From the NCBI GenBank assembly GCA_903906305.1, contig CAIVJR010000009.1:36687-100686 (forward strand): a DNA stretch of 64,000 bases, given 5' to 3'. The notes beneath the pieces are model-generated. The model did no database searches. It was not told the origin of the DNA and worked only from the letters and a program-made list of their open reading frames with translations. Of this stretch, positions 9,439 to 19,259 are shown piece by piece. Position numbers and translations under genes: made by a program. This DNA is from an uncultured bacterium. Lineage in GTDB: Bacteria; Patescibacteriota; Dojkabacteria; SC72. Within the stretch, counting starts at the first letter, position 1. Each line of letters starts with the position of its first letter.

Positions 9439-10329
9439 ATGAAATTAGCCACAAAACAAGCTAAATCAATATTAACTCCTAGCAAACTCCCAGGTGCAGA
9501 CTTCGTAGTAAATCCATATTCAGGATGTGCATTTGGATGTGTATATTGTTATGCAGAATTTACTAGAAAGTTCACAGGTCATTTGGATGATGAATGGGGT
9601 AAATATGTAGATGCAAAAATAAATACACCAGAGGTATTTGAAAAAGAGATAGCCAATTTAACAAAGAAAGTAATTAAGAAGAATGAATTTAAGACAGGGA
9701 ATAGACCAGTAATATTTTTTGGATCTGTAACAGACCCATATCAGGGAGTAGAAGCAAAGTATGAATTAACAAAGAAGTGTTTAGAAATAGTTGCGAAGTC
9801 AGATATTAAAAATGAGATTGAAATATCATTACTAACTAAATCTCCATTAGTAACTAGAGATATTGAAATACTAAAACAGATACCTAATCTAGAAGTGGGT
9901 ATGACCATATCATCAATTGATGACAATATTAGTAGAATATTTGAATGCTATGCTCCACCTAGTTCATTGAGAATATTGGCTTTGAAGAAACTTAATGAGG
10001 CAGGTATAAAGACATATGCATTTGTAGGACCATTACTTCCACATTTTGTTGCAAATGAAGGGAGCTTAAGGAAGTTGTTTAGAGAGATAAAGGAGTCGGG
10101 GACTAAAAAGGTATGGGCAGAACATATAAACCTTACTGGTAGTAAGATGGATAGATTAATAGATTTGGTAGGGGATCAATTAACGGAGGAGGAGCTGAAG
10201 CTTTTTAAAGAATCTCAAACAGATGAATACAAGATGAAATTAAGTAATATGATATTGGGTATTGTTAAAGAATTAGGATTGGAGTTGGTTGGAGGGAAGG
10301 TGATTGATCATATTAAATTAAGTAAATAA
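9439..10329 (+). CDS. Radical SAM protein, SplB-like (spore-photoproduct-lyase/DNA photolyase family, COG1533-like)
   Basis: CAFGCVYC = CxxxCxxC radical-SAM cluster motif near the N-terminus; 296 aa. Confidence 0.65.
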   Translation: MKLATKQAKSILTPSKLPGADFVVNPYSGCAFGCVYCYAEFTRKFTGHLDDEWGKYVDAKINTPEVFEKEIANLTKKVIKKNEFKTGNRPVIFFGSVTDPYQGVEAKYELTKKCLEIVAKSDIKNEIEISLLTKSPLVTRDIEILKQIPNLEVGMTISSIDDNISRIFECYAPPSSLRILALKKLNEAGIKTYAFVGPLLPHFVANEGSLRKLFREIKESGTKKVWAEHINLTGSKMDRLIDLVGDQLTEEELKLFKESQTDEYKMKLSNMILGIVKELGLELVGGKVIDHIKLSK

Positions 10330-10332
10330 TTC

Positions 10333-10860
10333 ATGAAAATCATAAAAGCAGACCAGACCAATTTAGATGTGGTGTATGGAATAATTCACGAATGCTCACT
10401 TTGGCTTCAAAAGAAGGGGATGGATCATTGGATGGGTTATTATACCGAGGAATTAATTCGGCACAAATTTGATACTGGGGAGATATTCCTTCTTAAGGAA
10501 GAGGGTAAGTTTGTAGGAACTATGTCTGCAAGTAGCCAGGAGCCATATTATTATTCAGAAAATAAAGATGGTGATAACGGTATGCCTATTAATCATACAT
10601 TGAAATTCACACCTGGGAAAGCCTGGTATGTGTCGGCTTTAGCCGTTTTGCCAGAATTCCAGGGTAGAGGCTTAGCTAAGGGATTGCTTTTGTATATTGA
10701 AAATTATGCAAAGGAAAAAGGAATAGAGTTTCTTAGAATGGATGCAAGGGGTGATTATACTGATTTAATAAATATGTATCTGAGATGGGGATTTAAGAAA
10801 ATTGGGAGTATGCCAGACCCGGATAGCGAGTATTTCTTAATGGAAAAAAGTATAAAATAG
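10333..10860 (+). CDS. GNAT family N-acetyltransferase
   Basis: LAVLPEFQGRGLAKGLL acetyl-CoA-binding motif. Confidence 0.75.
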   Translation: MKIIKADQTNLDVVYGIIHECSLWLQKKGMDHWMGYYTEELIRHKFDTGEIFLLKEEGKFVGTMSASSQEPYYYSENKDGDNGMPINHTLKFTPGKAWYVSALAVLPEFQGRGLAKGLLLYIENYAKEKGIEFLRMDARGDYTDLINMYLRWGFKKIGSMPDPDSEYFLMEKSIK

Positions 10861-10911
10861 ATATTTCAAACAAGGCTTTCAAATTGCACGGGTAGTATGT
10901 AAACTAGACAT

Positions 10912-11724
10912 ATGGATATTGATATACAAAAACAGCCCACTAATCATATAAAGGATAGAATATTAAGATTCAAACCAATTGCCTTTATTAAAAAGAATCT
11001 CCCCATATTCATTGTACTCTTTGTCTTTTTGCTAACTCTCTTAGTTGGAATATGGAATATTAAAAAATATACATTAACTGTTGTACAAGGATTAGATCTC
11101 CCTCAAAATGTTACAACCCTCATAGACAAATATATGGAAGAAAAATTAATTGGAAGAAATTACTTCTCTTTTTCTACAACCTCATTTGAAAAAGATATGC
11201 TCAAATCAGTACCATATATAAAGGAAGTAAATATTGAAAAAGTAATACCAAATAAATTAGAAGTATTTGTAGATCTATACAGACCCGCAAGTACAGCTTT
11301 ACTTAGAGACACGGAGTGTTACCTTCTCTCTGGAGAAGGTATTGTTCTGGATACCATATGCAAAGAAGATACTGCTAATTGTTGTAAAAACTATGCCACA
11401 GACAATTCACTATATATCTTTACCTCTTCAGATGTAGATAGCTCTCCATTAACAAATGGAAAGCAAGGATTACTCATAATGGAAAGTATCTACAAAGTTG
11501 TTAAGGTGGTAAATACATATGGATATGAAATAAAGGAGATAACATTTGTCAGTAATATATTGGAAATCACCACTAAAACAGATCAATCTTTTAAATTCAG
11601 TATGTCTGAAGACCTAGACCTACAATTAGAAAGATACATCTCGGTTGCAAATAGGGTGAAAAGTGATAACCTTGAGTTTAAGTCAATAGATTTTCGTTTT
11701 GAAAGACCAGTATTAAAAAACTAA
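10912..11724 (+). CDS. FtsQ/DivIB-like cell division protein (bitopic, POTRA-like)
   Basis: Single N-terminal TM (IFIVLFVFLLTLLVGIW) then extracytoplasmic domain; sits immediately upstream of ftsA-ftsZ. Confidence 0.5.
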   Translation: MDIDIQKQPTNHIKDRILRFKPIAFIKKNLPIFIVLFVFLLTLLVGIWNIKKYTLTVVQGLDLPQNVTTLIDKYMEEKLIGRNYFSFSTTSFEKDMLKSVPYIKEVNIEKVIPNKLEVFVDLYRPASTALLRDTECYLLSGEGIVLDTICKEDTANCCKNYATDNSLYIFTSSDVDSSPLTNGKQGLLIMESIYKVVKVVNTYGYEIKEITFVSNILEITTKTDQSFKFSMSEDLDLQLERYISVANRVKSDNLEFKSIDFRFERPVLKN

Positions 11725-11768
11725 TTCTTGCTAAAACGAAGATTTTTGATTATATTATTAGAAAGGAC

Positions 11769-11796
11769 TTGTTAAATTGTGGTCTTTTTATATAAT
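11769..11796 (+). promoter_or_regulatory. Candidate sigma70-type promoter for ftsA (TTGTTA, 16 nt spacer, TATAAT)
   Basis: Read directly from the sequence, 33 nt upstream of the ftsA ATG. Confidence 0.35.
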
Positions 11797-11828
11797 TAAT
11801 TAGTAAAATTAACTCTGCCTTAAAAAAC

Positions 11829-13127
11829 ATGGCACGCAAAATAATAACAGCAATAGATTTAGGTTCCTCTAAGGTTACAACAGTAATTTCTTCTGTTGAA
11901 GATAATCAAACCCCATCTGTAATCGGAGTATGTTCACATACTAGTAAGGGAATTAAGAAGGGTGTGGTAGTAAATATCGATGATGCAACAAATGCAATAT
12001 CTGAAAGTGTATTAGCTGCTGAAAGAATGGCAGGTGTTACAGTTTCTGATGTATATGTATCCATAAATGGTGAACAGGTAACAAGCCTTAATAACAAAGG
12101 TGTTGTTGCAGTTGCAGGTTCAGAAATTACAATTGATGATACATACAGAGCAATTGAAAATGCTAGAACATTGTCTTTACCAGATAATTTAAATCCAATC
12201 CACATAATACCTCGAGAATTTGTAGTAGATAACCAGGGTGGTATTAAATACCCAATCGGAATGAGTGGAGGAAGATTAGAAGTAGAAACACATATAATCA
12301 CAGCACCTAATTCATATTGGCAGAACATTAGAAAATGTGTAGAACAAGTAGGTTTAAATGTATATGATGTCATATTTGCTGGTTGGGCATCATCTCTTTC
12401 TGTTTTAACAGAAACTGAAAAAGAACTAGGTGTAACTATGCTAGATATAGGTTCAGGTACTACAAGTATTACAATATTTGAAGAAGGTTCCATTATCTAC
12501 AGTAGTTGTATTCCTTTAGGTGGAAACAGTATCACAAGTGATATCGCAATTGGGCTTCAAGTTTCGCTTGAAGAAGCTGAAAAGATCAAGTTGAATATGT
12601 CAGATATATTGGATAATAAGGTTGCTGTTGCTAAGGGTAAAGGTATGGATTCTACACCTGCACTCTTGAGAAGAAAAGACGAACCAAAAGAAAAGAAAGT
12701 GAAGATGGATGATATTGATTTAAGTGGATATGGAATTGAAAAGCGAATATCAAAAGATATTTTACAAAAAATTGTAGAAGCAAGATGTGAAGAAATATTT
12801 GAAATGGCAAAAGAGAATGTTTCGAAATCAGGATATAATATTGGAATGCCTGCAGGAGTTGTTTTAACGGGTGGAACTGGCTTACTAAGGAACATTACAA
12901 AAATAATACAAGGAATATTTGGAGTATCTGCAAGAATTGGATATCCATCAGGATTGACAGGTATGACAGAAGAAATATCTGATCCATCATACGCTTGTGT
13001 ACAAGGTTTGATTAAACATGCAATGGATGATGATGTAGATATTAGTTCTGCAAATGACAAGAAGAAATCAAACGTAAAAGGATTTGTAGGAAAGTTAGGT
13101 GAGTGGATGAAATCTTTACTGCCTTAA
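11829..13127 (+). CDS. ftsA: Cell division protein FtsA
   Basis: Actin-like ATPase motifs (IDLGSSKV, DIGSGTT, LTGGTG); precedes ftsZ. Confidence 0.9.
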   Translation: MARKIITAIDLGSSKVTTVISSVEDNQTPSVIGVCSHTSKGIKKGVVVNIDDATNAISESVLAAERMAGVTVSDVYVSINGEQVTSLNNKGVVAVAGSEITIDDTYRAIENARTLSLPDNLNPIHIIPREFVVDNQGGIKYPIGMSGGRLEVETHIITAPNSYWQNIRKCVEQVGLNVYDVIFAGWASSLSVLTETEKELGVTMLDIGSGTTSITIFEEGSIIYSSCIPLGGNSITSDIAIGLQVSLEEAEKIKLNMSDILDNKVAVAKGKGMDSTPALLRRKDEPKEKKVKMDDIDLSGYGIEKRISKDILQKIVEARCEEIFEMAKENVSKSGYNIGMPAGVVLTGGTGLLRNITKIIQGIFGVSARIGYPSGLTGMTEEISDPSYACVQGLIKHAMDDDVDISSANDKKKSNVKGFVGKLGEWMKSLLP

Positions 13128-13151
13128 ATAAATTTTAGTGTTTAAGACACA

Positions 13152-14366
13152 ATGTTAGTTACAACCAATGTAGATCCAGTAGCAAAAATTAAGGTAGTAG
13201 GAGTAGGTGGTGGTGGTTGTAATGCAATCAACACTATGATTACTGACTATGATATTCCAGGAGTTGATTTCATGGCCTTCAATACAGATGCACAGGCATT
13301 AAAGATGTCTCAAGCTCCAGTTACATTACAATTAGGTGAGGAATTAACAAGAGGATTGGGAGTAGGTGGAAATCATGATATGGGAGCACAAGCCGCTGAA
13401 GAAAGCCTTGATCAAATACAAGAATTCTTAGAAGGTGCAAACATGGTATTCATTACTGCAGGTATGGGTGGAGGAACAGGTACGGGTGCAGCACCAATAA
13501 TTGCAGGTGTTGCTAAGAATATGGGTGCATTAACTGTAGCTGTTGTGACCAAACCATTTGAATTTGAAGGTAACAAAAGAAGAGAAATAGCCGAAGAAGG
13601 CATTGCTGCTTTGAAAGACAAGGTTGATACGTTGATTGTTGTGCCTAATCAAAGATTACTAGAAATCGTTGACGAAAGTGAAAAGCTATCGTTCATTGAT
13701 GCAATGAAAAAGGTTGATTCAGTATTGGCAGAAGGTGTAAACAGTATATCAAACTTGATTAGCGAAACTGGATATATTAATGCAGACTTCAATGATGCGA
13801 AATCTGTAATGCAGAACGCAGGTACTGCCCTTATGGGTATTGGAAGAGCAAGTGGTGAGAATAGGGCAGAGAATGCAGCAAGAGCAGCTACAAACAGCCC
13901 ACTCCTTGATATGTCCATTGAAGGCGCAACTGGAGTTCTTTACAATATTGTTGGGTCTGATTTAACCCTTACTGAAATTAGCCAGGTATCTGAGTTAATC
14001 AAGGAAGCTGTAGATCCATCTGCAAATATCAAATTTGGAGCTCAAATCGATCCAAGTGCTGGGGATGTACTAACTATTACAATTGTTGCAACAGGCTTTG
14101 ATGAAAACAAACAAGTATTCACTAAAAAACAGAAGGGTGTTGATGAGAATGTAAGAACATTTGGATTCAAACCTAGAGCTGAGGAAGTAAAACCAGAGCC
14201 AGAAATTGATACTGAGGAAGATGATGTATTAGAATCCTTTGAGAAAGCAGATCTTCAGGAAGAGGATGAGCAAGAGAAGTCAATACCTTCATTGCCAAAG
14301 AATAATTATGAAGATGGTGATGATCCTTTGGATATCCCAACCTTCATGAGAAGAAACAAAAAATAG
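13152..14366 (+). CDS. ftsZ: Cell division GTPase FtsZ
   Basis: Tubulin signature GGGTGTGAAP and GVGGGGCNA; C-terminal conserved peptide DIPTFMRR. Confidence 0.95.
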   Translation: MLVTTNVDPVAKIKVVGVGGGGCNAINTMITDYDIPGVDFMAFNTDAQALKMSQAPVTLQLGEELTRGLGVGGNHDMGAQAAEESLDQIQEFLEGANMVFITAGMGGGTGTGAAPIIAGVAKNMGALTVAVVTKPFEFEGNKRREIAEEGIAALKDKVDTLIVVPNQRLLEIVDESEKLSFIDAMKKVDSVLAEGVNSISNLISETGYINADFNDAKSVMQNAGTALMGIGRASGENRAENAARAATNSPLLDMSIEGATGVLYNIVGSDLTLTEISQVSELIKEAVDPSANIKFGAQIDPSAGDVLTITIVATGFDENKQVFTKKQKGVDENVRTFGFKPRAEEVKPEPEIDTEEDDVLESFEKADLQEEDEQEKSIPSLPKNNYEDGDDPLDIPTFMRRNKK

Positions 14367-14390
14367 GCATTGTGTTAGAATTTGTTATCT

Positions 14391-15719
14391 ATGAATTCCC
14401 TATTAAACAAATCAAGGACATTTCTATCGATTGATTGGAAAATTCTATTCCCAACAATTTTACTATCCATATTAGGTTTGATAACTGTTCTTTCGACCAC
14501 TATTTTACCCGAAGGGGGGTATGGTGATTTAGGAATTGTTTGGAAACAGGTAATCTCCCTAGGTATTGGCTTTATTCTTTTCTTCATTATATCCATCATA
14601 GATCTGTCATATCTAAAGTATTGGCAAGTTATGTTAGTTATATGGATAGCCACAGTATTCCTGTTGGCTTTAACGCTAATAATTGGACCAGAAATAAATG
14701 GAGTTAGGAGATGGCTTTACATTGGTGGAACTCAAATACAGCCATCTGAAATAGCAAAATTCGCAGTCATAGTTATAACCGCAGGAATATTCTCCATGCG
14801 AGGCAAATTAAATGAACTAGTACTTTTTGCAATTACCTTTCTCTCTACCGTTGCCTTCTTCATTCTCATATATCTTGAACCAGGAGGAAGTATGTCTCTC
14901 CTGACATTAGCAATCTGGTTCCTTATGACTTTCTTAGCATTGAGTAACCCACTTAGAAATACATTATTAATATTTATAATAGCTAGTGTATCAGGGGGAT
15001 TCTTGATTGCTGCAGTAACAGGCAATTGGATATGGTATCTAACAATTATACTTGGTATTGTACTCACTATATTTATTTTATACTCAAAGACTAATTGGAA
15101 ATCATTGGCGGTAGGAGGATTAGCATTAGGTTTTGTATTAGGAATTTTCTTTACAATATCTTGGGATACAATACTCCATGACTATCAAAAAAATCGAATC
15201 ATTGCATTTATTAATCCTACAGAACAAACAGTTCTAGAGGATGAAGGATTCAACGTTAATCAGTCAAAGATTGCAATTGGATCAGGGCAATTACTAGGTA
15301 AAGGCTTCGGTAATGGAACTCAAAGTAAGAGAAATTTCCTACCAGAGCATCAGACAGACTTCATATTTGCTTCTTTTGCAGAAGAATTTGGGCTAGTAGG
15401 GAGTGTGTTTGTATTGGGATTATATGGATTTTTAATCGTATATTGTTTTGTAGTTGCTATTAATGTCATACAGAATCCGTTGCACTCACTAATATGCATA
15501 GGGGTGGGGATTAAACTCCTCTTGGAGGTATTTATAAACTTAGGTACAAATATGGGGACTATACCGGCTACAGGTATCCCACTGCCACTGATGAGTGCAG
15601 GAGGGACTATAACCATAATGACATTGGTATGTTTAGGATTGGTTCAAAACATTGCAGTGAGACATAAGCAGGGGAATAGAGACAAGAGCGGAGAGATCTT
15701 GGATGTGTATGAAGATTAA
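14391..15719 (+). CDS. ftsW: SEDS-family peptidoglycan glycosyltransferase FtsW/RodA (the track ORF starts at a TTG at 14382; first ATG is at 14391)
   Basis: Ten-TM SEDS architecture with conserved C-terminal GGTITIMTLVCLGL and PATGIPLPLMSAGG motifs. Confidence 0.8.
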   Translation: MNSLLNKSRTFLSIDWKILFPTILLSILGLITVLSTTILPEGGYGDLGIVWKQVISLGIGFILFFIISIIDLSYLKYWQVMLVIWIATVFLLALTLIIGPEINGVRRWLYIGGTQIQPSEIAKFAVIVITAGIFSMRGKLNELVLFAITFLSTVAFFILIYLEPGGSMSLLTLAIWFLMTFLALSNPLRNTLLIFIIASVSGGFLIAAVTGNWIWYLTIILGIVLTIFILYSKTNWKSLAVGGLALGFVLGIFFTISWDTILHDYQKNRIIAFINPTEQTVLEDEGFNVNQSKIAIGSGQLLGKGFGNGTQSKRNFLPEHQTDFIFASFAEEFGLVGSVFVLGLYGFLIVYCFVVAINVIQNPLHSLICIGVGIKLLLEVFINLGTNMGTIPATGIPLPLMSAGGTITIMTLVCLGLVQNIAVRHKQGNRDKSGEILDVYED

Positions 15720-15742
15720 TATCTAATATTCTCTCCTATTTA

Positions 15743-15771
15743 TTGACATTTTAACCATATTCCATTAAAAT
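15743..15771 (+). promoter_or_regulatory. Candidate sigma70-type promoter for rplU (TTGACA, 17 nt spacer, TAAAAT), implying a very short leader
   Basis: Read directly; the -10 element ends 8 nt before the rplU ATG. Confidence 0.35.
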
Positions 15772-15779
15772 CCTTACTC

Positions 15780-16136
15780 ATGACAGAAACAAAGAAAGAA
15801 ACCAAAACAATAGAAAAAGCAGTAGAAAACAAGTTCGCAGTAATCAAAATTGCTGGAACTCAGTTAAAAGTATCTGAAGGACAGGAATTTGAAGTAAGAA
15901 AAATTGAAGGTAAAAAAGGTGATGTAATCGAAATAACAGACGTTCTTCTAATCTCTGATGGTGATAAAGTAACACTTGGGACCCCAATAATAGAGGGTGC
16001 TAAAGTAGTATTAGAAATCACTTCTCAGAAAAAAGGAGAAAAGGTTAACGGCTTCAAGTTTAGTGCAAAATCTAGAAATAGAACACACTTTGGAGCAAGA
16101 CAGTTAATCACAAAGGTTCTCGTTAAGAAGATATAA
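15780..16136 (+). CDS. rplU: 50S ribosomal protein L21 (bL21)
   Basis: FAVIKIAGTQLKVSEGQEF... matches the bL21 N-terminus; followed further downstream by rpmA. Confidence 0.9.
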   Translation: MTETKKETKTIEKAVENKFAVIKIAGTQLKVSEGQEFEVRKIEGKKGDVIEITDVLLISDGDKVTLGTPIIEGAKVVLEITSQKKGEKVNGFKFSAKSRNRTHFGARQLITKVLVKKI

Positions 16137-16141
16137 CTATA

Positions 16142-17329
16142 ATGTCCAAACAATATTTTTTCGAGGCAGGAAGTTTCCAAGATCTCTCATACACCGAGCT
16201 AGTTTCAGTTTTCAACCTCTATGGCGTTAGCAAAGACCGTATTCAAAGATTCACAGACAAAGTATTCATAGTTAGAGATAACGAAGTATCCGAGGAAATT
16301 GTAAAAAAGATTTACAACAGACTAGGTGGATTCGTTAGATATGGATATCTCTTAGATCAGGTAGATACTTTCTTAGCAGAATATATAGCTAAAGAAACCA
16401 AAGTAACATTTGGAGTAAGTGTATTAGGTAATAGTCATTCAAAAGATCATGTCTTTTTAAGAAAACTTTCAAACGAATTGAAGGATGAGTTAAAAAGAAA
16501 TGATATATCTTCAAGATTCATTAGACCTTTAAGTGGTGAAACAGAACTCAATGCAGCACAGGTATTGAAAAATGAAATAGTAGAGAAAGGCTTTGAGTTA
16601 TGTATCATCAAAAGTGAAAATGCTGAAATATATGGCTGTACAATGGGTGTACAAGATATCGAAGGTTTTGCAATGCGAGACTATGATAGACCACACACTG
16701 ACGTAAAGATGGGTACATTACCACCAAAGTTAGCAAGAATGATGATTAATCTGGCTGGACTTAAAGAAGGTATAATCTGGGATCCATTCTGTGGATCAGG
16801 AACTATACCAATGGAAGCTGCAGTATTAGGATTTGATATATTAGGGTCTGATATTGATGAAAATGCACTAGAATATACCGAAAAGAATATTGAATGGGCA
16901 TCAGACAAAGGACTAATCGGAATTATTAAATATGATATCTTCCATTTAGATGTAAAAGAACCAGATAACCGAACATTAGCAAAATTAAGAAAAACACCAA
17001 TATCAGCCGTAGTTTGCGAACCATTCATGGGTCCACCTCAAAGAAGTGTACTTTTTTCTGGTAAGGCAGAACTATTTTTGAAACGTGTAGAAGAGCTTTA
17101 CAAAGGCCTTTTTGATATATTACATGAAGTAACTCACGAAGGATTTGTCGTCGTTATGATTATCCCTTCTTACAAAACATCATGGGGTTGGAAAACAATT
17201 GGAGTAAGAGATATCGTTGGAAAGCGATGGGAAGTATTAAATACCGAACTTTCTGGTGGTAGGGACTTGAAGTGGAGCCGTAAAAATAGTATTATCACTA
17301 GGAACATTTTCATATTACGCAGAAAATAA
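16142..17329 (+). CDS. Class I SAM-dependent RNA (m2G-type) methyltransferase with an N-terminal THUMP-like domain (RlmL/Trm14-like, COG0116)
   Basis: DPFCGSGTIPMEAAVLG SAM-binding motif; 395 aa; inserted between rplU and rpmA. Confidence 0.6.
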   Translation: MSKQYFFEAGSFQDLSYTELVSVFNLYGVSKDRIQRFTDKVFIVRDNEVSEEIVKKIYNRLGGFVRYGYLLDQVDTFLAEYIAKETKVTFGVSVLGNSHSKDHVFLRKLSNELKDELKRNDISSRFIRPLSGETELNAAQVLKNEIVEKGFELCIIKSENAEIYGCTMGVQDIEGFAMRDYDRPHTDVKMGTLPPKLARMMINLAGLKEGIIWDPFCGSGTIPMEAAVLGFDILGSDIDENALEYTEKNIEWASDKGLIGIIKYDIFHLDVKEPDNRTLAKLRKTPISAVVCEPFMGPPQRSVLFSGKAELFLKRVEELYKGLFDILHEVTHEGFVVVMIIPSYKTSWGWKTIGVRDIVGKRWEVLNTELSGGRDLKWSRKNSIITRNIFILRRK

Positions 17330-17365
17330 CTGAGTAATATATATATTAATTGTTAAGATAGCACA

Positions 17366-17632
17366 ATGTCACATGTCGTAGGTGCAGCAAGCACATCAAA
17401 CAATGGCCATGTAGCAGGTAAAAGATTAGGTGTTAAGAAATTTGCTGGAGAGGCTGTAAGAGACGGAAATATTATTGTTAAACAAAAAGGTTCTGTATAC
17501 CATCCAGGTAAGAACGCTTACATGTCTAAAGACTACTCCATACACGCTAATATAGATGGCTTTGTACAGTTTAGAAGAATGACTGGCTTCAAAAGAGGAC
17601 AGTACTTCATAGATATTGTAGAATCACTCTAA
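17366..17632 (+). CDS. rpmA: 50S ribosomal protein L27 (bL27)
   Basis: GKRLGVKKFAGE...HPGKN is the bL27 signature; 88 aa. Confidence 0.9.
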   Translation: MSHVVGAASTSNNGHVAGKRLGVKKFAGEAVRDGNIIVKQKGSVYHPGKNAYMSKDYSIHANIDGFVQFRRMTGFKRGQYFIDIVESL

Positions 17633-18384
17633 TGGCTAAATCCAAGTTCGTACAGATTGAGAGTAAAAATGCTCTACTTGAGTTATTAAAAGAGGGTAGG
17701 GATTTTGAAAGATTGTATGTAGCAACAAGCGCCTTTAAAGATCCAATCACAAAAGAAATTGTAGAAGTAGCAGCAGCTAGAAAAATCCCAATGTTAAGAG
17801 TTTCAAAGAAAATCATTAACAGACGTCTTCGAACTTCCACATCTGAAAGTGTAATTGGTTATATGTATTCTCAGAATAACTGGGAATTAGAGGAACTATT
17901 AAATCACTTAACCGCAGATGGTAACAAACAACCATTCTTCCTTATTCTTGATGAGTTAAAATATACCCAAAACATTGCAGCTATAATGAGATCAGCATTC
18001 GCAGCAGGTGTTAATGGCATTATTGTAAATCCTCAGGAAAAAGGTTTGGTTACTAACGAAACTATTAGAATATCCGAAGGCGCAGCAGAAAGAATCCCAT
18101 TAGTAGAAATGAGCCTCTTTGCAGCTATAAAGATCCTTAAGGACAATGATGTAAAGGTTGTTGGTGTAAATATGCAAGGTGAACATTATTTTGATGTAGA
18201 TCTTAGAGGTCCAGTGGCATTAGTACTTGGTGCTGAGGATACAGGAATATCAAATGGTATTTTAGAGAGATGTGATGTATTAGCATCAATTCCAATGAGA
18301 GAAGGTATTGGTTCTTTGAATGTAAGTGCAACTGGTGCAGTTATGGTATATGAGAAGCTTAGGCAGGAACTTAAAGGTTTCTAA
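17632..18384 (+). CDS. SpoU/TrmH-family RNA 2'-O-methyltransferase
   Basis: SPOUT motifs LGAEDTGIS, IPMREGIGSLNVSATGAVMVYE; start overlaps the rpmA stop. Confidence 0.8.
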   Translation: MAKSKFVQIESKNALLELLKEGRDFERLYVATSAFKDPITKEIVEVAAARKIPMLRVSKKIINRRLRTSTSESVIGYMYSQNNWELEELLNHLTADGNKQPFFLILDELKYTQNIAAIMRSAFAAGVNGIIVNPQEKGLVTNETIRISEGAAERIPLVEMSLFAAIKILKDNDVKVVGVNMQGEHYFDVDLRGPVALVLGAEDTGISNGILERCDVLASIPMREGIGSLNVSATGAVMVYEKLRQELKGF

Positions 18385-19232
18385 ATCAATTTCCCCATTA
18401 AGTCATTTAATTCCTCTAGTGAGTTGTATCTAATTACAACCTTTCCACCTTTTGTCATCTTGGTTATATGTGCTGTATATCCTAATTTTTGACTTAACTG
18501 TGTAGAGAATTTGTCTGTTGTTGGATCTGTTTTTTTCCAACTTCTGGTTGTTGAACCTTTGCCGTAGTTAATCTTTCTAACTAAAGCTTCGGTTTCTCTA
18601 ACACTCATACCTCTTTTTATGACAAGATCTGCAGCTGCTATTAATGATACTCTATCCTTAATACCAAGCAACGCTCTTGCATGTCCTTCACTTAATTTTT
18701 CGTTCAAAACTTCTTCTTTAACCTCATCTGGAATATTTAGTAACCTTATCTTGTTAGTTATTGCAACTCTACTTAATCCCATCTTCTTAGCAATGATATC
18801 TTGGGATATACCAAATTCATCTTGCATCTGTTTAAAGGCATAGGCTTCCTCCAGTGGATTTAAGTCTTTTCTTTGAACATTCTCAATGATTGCTAACTCA
18901 AGCATTTCTTGAGGAGAAGAATCTTTTAGAAGTACAGGTACAGTCTTCATTCCAGCTAATTGTGAAGCTCTAAGTCTTCTTTCTCCTGCAATAAGGAAAT
19001 ATCTGTCTGAATTCTTGTCCTTAGTTATGATTAATGGTTGTATGACTCCATGTTCTCTGATTGAATCCGCTATCTCTATCAACTCCTCAGGATCAATGTG
19101 CATTCTAGGTTGATATGGATTTGGCTGTATATTGTTAATATCAAAGTTTTCAACAAACGAGTTGTTGGTATTTGCCATTTCATTGGAATTGATTAATGCT
19201 GCTAATCCTCTTCCTAATCCTTGTTCGTTCAT
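18381..19232 (-). CDS. parB: Chromosome partitioning protein ParB/Spo0J
   Basis: ParB box LIAGERRLRAS, HTH, and GLGRGL near the N-terminus. Confidence 0.85.
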   Translation of the reverse strand: MNEQGLGRGLAALINSNEMANTNNSFVENFDINNIQPNPYQPRMHIDPEELIEIADSIREHGVIQPLIITKDKNSDRYFLIAGERRLRASQLAGMKTVPVLLKDSSPQEMLELAIIENVQRKDLNPLEEAYAFKQMQDEFGISQDIIAKKMGLSRVAITNKIRLLNIPDEVKEEVLNEKLSEGHARALLGIKDRVSLIAAADLVIKRGMSVRETEALVRKINYGKGSTTRSWKKTDPTTDKFSTQLSQKLGYTAHITKMTKGGKVVIRYNSLEELNDLMGKLI

Positions 19233-19259
19233 TTTAGTAAATATATATTAATTTAATAC

